NCBI GenBank assembly: GCA_033442325.1
Contig: JAWQFM010000034.1
Location: forward strand, 131,882 to 195,881
DNA: 64,000 nucleotides
Source: Salpingoeca rosetta
Lineage: Eukaryota; Protista; Choanoflagellata
Direction of reading: 5' to 3'
Made by a program: the position numbers and the translations under genes. The notes beneath the pieces are model-generated. The model was not told where the DNA came from. It saw nothing but the letters and a program-made list of their open reading frames with translations, and ran no database searches. Below are positions 34,553 through 64,000 of the stretch, one piece after another; within the stretch, counting starts at the first letter, position 1; each line of letters begins with the position of its first letter.

Positions 34553-35532
34553 GTGTGTTGTTGTTGTGTCACACACACACACACGTCACAACACAGCACA
34601 CCGATTCTTGTTTTCTCACTTCCACCGTGCACTCTCAACCACGCAACCACCACCACAGATTGAGTCTGCGTATGCGCAGAACAACAACAGGAAAGTGGCC
34701 ATCATTGCAGCGTCATATGGCCCGCAGTTTGTGCTTGCGTTCCTGCACCGCCAATCGCAGGCGTGGAAGGACAAGTACATCCACTGGTTCATTGCAGAGT
34801 CACCCGTCTGGAGCGGCTGTCCTGCCAGCCTCCTATCCTTGGTGTCCGGATATGACGTCAGCAACGGCACGCTCTCGCTCATGTTTTCGCGCCAGGTTGC
34901 CATGGAAACGGCGTCCTCCTTCTGGCTCCTCCCGCGCGCTGGCACCACCAACACCACATGGGGCAAGGTGCGTGTGCGTGCGTGCGTGTGCGTGCGTGCG
35001 TGTGTGTGTGTGTGCGTGTGTGTGTGTGTGTGTTTGTACGTGCGTATGTGTGTGCGCACATATGTGTGCGTATCTTTGTGCGTGCGCTTGTTTGTACGTG
35101 TGTGTGTGCATTTGTGCGTGCATGCTTGTGGTTTGGCACTCGTGCATCCGCGAACGTTGTCTCACCATCATCTCACCATCATCTCACTATCATCTCACTA
35201 TCACCTCACGATCATCTCACTGTCTCACCAATCACTGTCACCAACAACCCCATTCCTTCCCTTCCCAAATCACGCATCACCACGTAGGATGAGCCCATTG
35301 CGTTTACACCGAGCCGCAACTACACGAGCAGCGACTACAAGCAGCTCATGACTGACATTGGATTTGGGTTCCGCACCCCCGCCATGGAGTACACCGTCAA
35401 CGACACAGACCTGAAGGACTTTGAGCACCCGGGCGTGAACACGTATGTCACGTACGGCTACAACCTCGACACCCCAGGTTGGGCGATTGCAGTGCTGATA
35501 GTGGTGCTGTTGATGATGCTGCTATTGTGTGA

Positions 35533-35579
<47 letters not shown>

Positions 35580-36192
35580 TCCTCTGTCATGCGGCTCTCT
35601 CCTTCAGACACGCGCCTGCACACATGTTTCCAATCTCCGTGCCTCACACCCTTTGCTCTTGCTTCGTTCCTTCTTCCCTCCACCACCAACAATACCATGA
35701 CACCTGCCCCGCCCTCTACATCAAGGCACGTTCGTGTGGGACGAGGACTTTGTGCACAACATCACGGGTGCCCCTCCGTATCCGCGTGTATTCAACGCGA
35801 CAGATACCGGTGATGGCATTGTTCCCGTTCGCTCGTCCATGCGCGCATGGCACGCCTGGCAAGATGACATGAAGCAGGTGCGTGTTCGTGTCGTGACATG
35901 GTGGAAGAGGGAGGTAGTGTGTGTGTGTGTGTGTGTGCTTGTATGTGTGTGTGTGTGTGCTTTTGTGGTGGCTTTGTGTGCGTCTGTGTGTGCTTTGTGT
36001 AAGTACGCAATGTCGCACAATCACTTCATCACCACCGCCACCACCACTGCCCACTGTCCACTGCCACCACCATCAGGCAAAGAAGACGCTGATGTACAAA
36101 GGATACAATAAGCAGCAGCACGCGCTCTGCATTCTCTCGACCGGAAGCGGCGCTTCGTGTTGGCACGAAGTCTTCCAGTGCGTGTGGTAGTG

Positions 36193-36262
<70 letters not shown>

Positions 36263-36427
36263 GGATGTGGAGGCAACGTGCTGAGTGTGATTGTGATGGC
36301 TGCTTTTGGCTGACTGTGTGTGCTCCTCGCTCACTAGTGCTTTTCAACACGTGCATGTGTGTGGTTGGTTGGTTTGCTCAGGCTGATTGTGAACGGCGTT
36401 GTGCCCCCAGGAGCTCGCAAAGTGTAG
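33307..36427 (+). CDS. LCAT / group XV phospholipase A2 (PLA2G15)-like acyltransferase with signal peptide, about 8 exons
   Basis: [58 protein letters not shown] (Ser), [36 protein letters not shown] (Asp), QQHALCI (His). Confidence 0.92.
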
Positions 36428-36492
36428 CAGCAACAAGCGACGTCTATTGCTGCTGTTCGGTTGACCCAACGCATCCCACATACACACAACAC

Positions 36493-36581
<89 letters not shown>

Positions 36582-36920
36582 CAAAGGCACTGCTCCGCCA
36601 CTGTTCGCATCTTCCCATCGTTATGGCCCCCTTCACCGCGTACACATAAACACACAATCAGTTGACGAAAGCAATCTTGTATTCATCAGTTCACCGCCAC
36701 TGCTTTCTCCCGTTTGCACAGCACGAAACAAATCGACAGCCTGAGAAAGCACAGACACCCAGACAACCAGACGCACACGCACACACATACGCACACACAT
36801 ACGCGCGCACCTGTTGTTCATGCAAGCTCTCATTGAACCGTCACAGCACGAGAAAACACAGTAGCAGTTCACACATCGTCCAATGAGAGAGACAGAGAGA
36901 GAGGGAGAGAGAGGAGAGGG

Positions 36921-37019
<99 letters not shown>

Positions 37020-37022
37020 CTG

Positions 37023-50719
<13,697 letters not shown>

Positions 50720-51242
50720 GGTGGTGGTGGCTGGTTGTTCGTGGCGCTGTGCTGGCTGAGTTCAGGCACGAAAATCAACTGGAATCATGCCCGATCTTCC
50801 CAACTACGGGTGGCTGTTGTTGTGACTTCTCGTGGGCTTGTGTGGGCTTGGAGGCAGTAAGCTTCTTGTGGGGTTGCCGCATTCTCCTATTCTCAGCAAA
50901 GCCTTCAGCCGCTGCAACCAAGCAACCGTGCAAGCGCTGCTGTGCTGCCGAACCATGTTTTATCTGTTATCACACGCCGCTTTGTGGCTTTGCTCCTTTG
51001 TCTTGGTTGGGCTTTCACTCACTGATAAATAGACAGAGCAGCACTCAGCCGCGCACAAGCACAAGCATGCAAGCATATAGGCATCATGCACCACGCACAC
51101 AATGTACAAACATACTGGCAGACACATACACGACAAAGCACACCGCACAGCTCACGAACAACAATACAGTGCCTCACATGAAGCTGTAAAGCGTGAACTC
51201 ACAACACACACTCTCTCCGTCCTTTCAAAACCCTCATCAACA

Positions 51243-61047
<9,805 letters not shown>

Positions 61048-61306
61048 GCATATGCCGGCTGTGCGTGTTTGTGTGTGTGTGTGTGTGTGTTTGTGAGTGA
61101 GTGAGTGTGTGTGTTTGTGTGTGTGTGAGTGAGTGAGTGAGTGAGTGTGTGTGTGTCTGTGTGTGTGTGTGTATGTATGTGTGTGTGTGTGTCTGTGTGT
61201 CTGTGTGTGCGCAAGAATCACACACCAACGTCCCTCACAGCAAGAGCAAAACAGATCGCGATGGCAAGCGAATTAATTGTGGCAGGCAACAACACACACA
61301 CACACA

Positions 61307-61337
<31 letters not shown>

Positions 61338-61713
61338 GCACAGACACACTCACGACTTCTTCCTCTGTCTCACCCCACCAACTTGAACGTGTGTTGCTTG
61401 CTGATTGCTGACGACTTTTTGTTGCGTTCTTGCATCGCTGCGTGCGTTTAGCCCACTTAAATGACGTCATCATCTGTATCAAGTACTGCTGAGTCAGCGA
61501 AAATCGCGTTCTTGGACTGGCGGAGGACTCTGCGCTGCTTTCGCTGCCTTTGCAGAGGGCTGTTGAGGGTGTGGTTTTTTCCTTGTTGTGTGTGACGACG
61601 CTCCTGTGCTTGCTTATCACCTCTGCTTTTGCATCACCAGTTCCAAGCGTATCAGGCAGTGTGTCCTGGCACGAAGCGCGAGGGAGACGGGAGGTCGGAC
61701 ACAGGAGAGAGAA
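61048..61713. promoter_or_regulatory. Divergent intergenic / 5'UTR region between the RTK and ADAM genes
   Basis: Head-to-head ATGs ~670 bp apart; may include a 5'UTR intron of the RTK. Confidence 0.45.
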
Positions 61714-63585
61714 ATGCAGGCTGTTGGCGGTGTTGGCGGTGTTGGCGGCGTTACGGCCGCTGTTGCGGCGGCGGTGCTTGTGCTTGGCTTGGTTGGCCTG
61801 GTCACAGCCGCTGGCAAGCCGCTCTCACCCACCATCAGCGACTACGATGAGGTACGCCAATGTGTGTGTGTGTGTGTATGGGTGTGCTTTGTTGTACTCT
61901 GTATTCTGTTCATGATCGCTTCTTCCGTTGAGCCATTGCTCTTGACATTCAATCGCATGCACCTTTTCCAACAGGTTCATCTGGACGTGAATGACATGCA
62001 GCACCGCCATCGTCGCGCACGACAGCACACCCAACAGGGTCCCATGCAGGTATCATACTGCATTTGTGCGTATGGTTGTGTGTGTGTGTGTGTGTGCTTT
62101 GGTGGGTTTGTGATGTAGTCGTTGCACTTTTGTTCATTCAATCACGGCACTTACATTGCTTTGCTCACCTCATTGATCGTCATGCTTTGGTCGTTGTTCC
62201 ACGTGTGCAGGTGGAATTCTCTGCCTTTGGAAAGGACTATGTTCTGGACATGCGCATGTCCCACGACATGTTTGGGGACGGCTTCACCATCGAGGTTCGT
62301 GTGTGCGGGGGGGGGGGTGTACGTATGTGTGTGCGTGTGTTTGTGCGTGTATGAAAGCGACGCGTTGCCCTTGCGGACGCATGTAGATTGCGTGCAGTCT
62401 CATATTCACCTTGCTCCTGTCACCCCATCACAAACAGCGCCACACAGATGAAGGGGTCAAGTTGGCTCGTATGGACATGCACATTTTCTTCCGAGGAGAG
62501 GTGGCTGGTGAGTTCCAGTGGGTGCGTATTTGTTTGTTTGTTTGTTTGTTTGTTTGTTTGTTTGTTTGTTTGTTTGTTTGTGTGCGTGTGTTTGTTTGTT
62601 TGTTTGTTTGTTTGTGTGCGTGTGTTTGTTTGTGTGCGTGTGTGTGCGTGTACGTGTGCGTGTGTTTGTTTGTCTGTTTGTGTGCGTGTGCGTGTTACGT
62701 GCGTTTGTTTGTGCATGTTTGGTTGTTTTTTTGCTTCTGCTTCTTTCGTGCGATGTTCGTTGGGACGCGCGACACGTGGTGTGTTCTTGCGAACGGCAAC
62801 TGTCATCATGCACACCTTCCCTCCTCCTCCCAATCACACACACACATACACGCCTCTCGTCCACGCGTGCAGGTGAGGAAGGCAGTGATGTGCGGGCAAC
62901 GGTGACGGACGGCGTATTCAAGGGCACCATCCGAACAGGTGGCGACATCTTGTATCTGGAGCCGGCACACCGCTTCTCCCGTGACATTGCCACGAGCCAC
63001 GTCGCATATTGGGCCTCCAGTGTCAACCTCACCAGCCCACACGACCACGACCATAGCAAGGTGCGCAATGGTGGTGGTGGTGGTGGTGGTGGTGGTGGAG
63101 AATGCATGAGCGCAAAGGTCATTGGGGTGCATTGCGTTGGCGCTTCGTTACTGTGGTCTTGTTTTGGTCTTGTTTTGGTCTTGTTGTGGTGATGGGTTGA
63201 AGTACCAACCAAGGAAATGAGTAAGCCAAGTTTCATTGCTCCCTCACGCATCTCCTCCACATCCTGACCACTAATGCGTGTATGATTCTCATCACCACCA
63301 CTGTCACCACCAACGCAATGCTGTCGCCTGTGTCTCAGGTGTGTGGCGTTGACTCGCATTCGCACGACAGCGAAATTGAGGCCATCCTTGATCGCATGCG
63401 CCGGGCAGACCACAAATACATGAAGTGAGCACACACGTGTCAAGTGGTGGTGGTGGGATGTAGAAGGGGATTGGTGTTGTTGTGGGATGCGGGAGAGGGT
63501 TGTTGTTGTTGTGGGATGTGCGAGATACTCGCGTACTTGTGCTTGGCGACAGCAAATTGTTTGTTTCTTTGCTTGTTTGCTTGTT

Positions 63586-63680
<95 letters not shown>

Positions 63681-63899
63681 ACACGACCCACCTTTGCAAC
63701 ACCACTATCAAACACCAACCCCACATTGACCACGCTTCCCATGCCGACACACCTTTCGTTGCCTGCAGGCAATACCAGCGCCGGCAGCGCCGCGGGTTTC
63801 AGGGCGACCCCACCAAGACCACGTGCCAGATGGCGCTCGTGTCTGATCACCGCTTCTTCGCAACAACTGGCGAATCCGACGCAGGCACCACCGCGCAAG
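61714..63899 (+). CDS. ADAM10/ADAM17-like metalloprotease: signal peptide, prodomain and start of the catalytic domain; continues beyond the window
   Basis: Hydrophobic leader. Prodomain VEFSAFGKDYVLDM, FFRGEVAGEEGSDVRATVTDGVFKGTIRT, LYLEPAHRF. Cys-switch-like KVCGV. Furin site RRQRR. TCQMALVSDHRFF begins the catalytic domain. The HExxH motif is not in the window. Confidence 0.88.
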
Positions 63900-64000
63900 T
63901 GTAAGTTGCGCGCAATTCGAGGGATGGGAAAGAGGGAGAGGGAGGGTGTGTGTGTATGTTTTGCGTGCTGTAGGTATGTACTTGTGTGCGTGTGCTCTGT

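Noticed and set aside
36410-36427. C-terminal ARKV of the LCAT-like protein as a peroxisomal signal
   Set aside because: Does not fit the PTS1 consensus, and the protein has a signal peptide.

Overview
Eukaryotic, intron-rich genomic DNA. Introns are packed with (TG)n/(CA)n microsatellites, proteins carry poly-Q/N/T/D tracts, and gene content is holozoan (tyrosine kinases, ADAM, P-Rex). This strongly suggests a choanoflagellate, probably Salpingoeca; that is an inference, not a database result. Most ORFs in the supplied track are microsatellite or antisense shadows, so genes were rebuilt by hand from GT-AG exons. In order: 3' part of a tyrosine kinase (+); single-domain globin (+); signal peptide-Kelch-N-glycan stalk-TM receptor with an LDLR-type FDNPLY tail (+); SLC25 mitochondrial carrier (-); HADHB-type thiolase (-); intron-containing DinB-family protein (-); large Q/N/T-rich protein with a RAD51AP1-like C-terminal motif (+); LRR + C2H2 zinc-finger protein (-); intron-containing tRNA-Tyr(GTA) (+); last exon of a GH43 glycosidase (-); SDR16C/HSD17B11-like dehydrogenase (-) head-to-head with an LCAT/PLA2G15-like lipase (+); a 13.7-kb P-Rex-like gene (DH-PH-DEP-DEP-PDZ-INPP4) (-); a Venus-flytrap receptor tyrosine kinase with an HMD catalytic loop (-) head-to-head with an ADAM10/17-like protease (+). 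There are three N-gaps. Top finding: the P-Rex-like Rac-GEF keeps a fully intact INPP4 catalytic signature (CKSAKDRTAM), whereas the same domain in animal P-Rex1/2 is a pseudophosphatase. It is a candidate ancestral bifunctional GEF / PI(3,4)P2 4-phosphatase.
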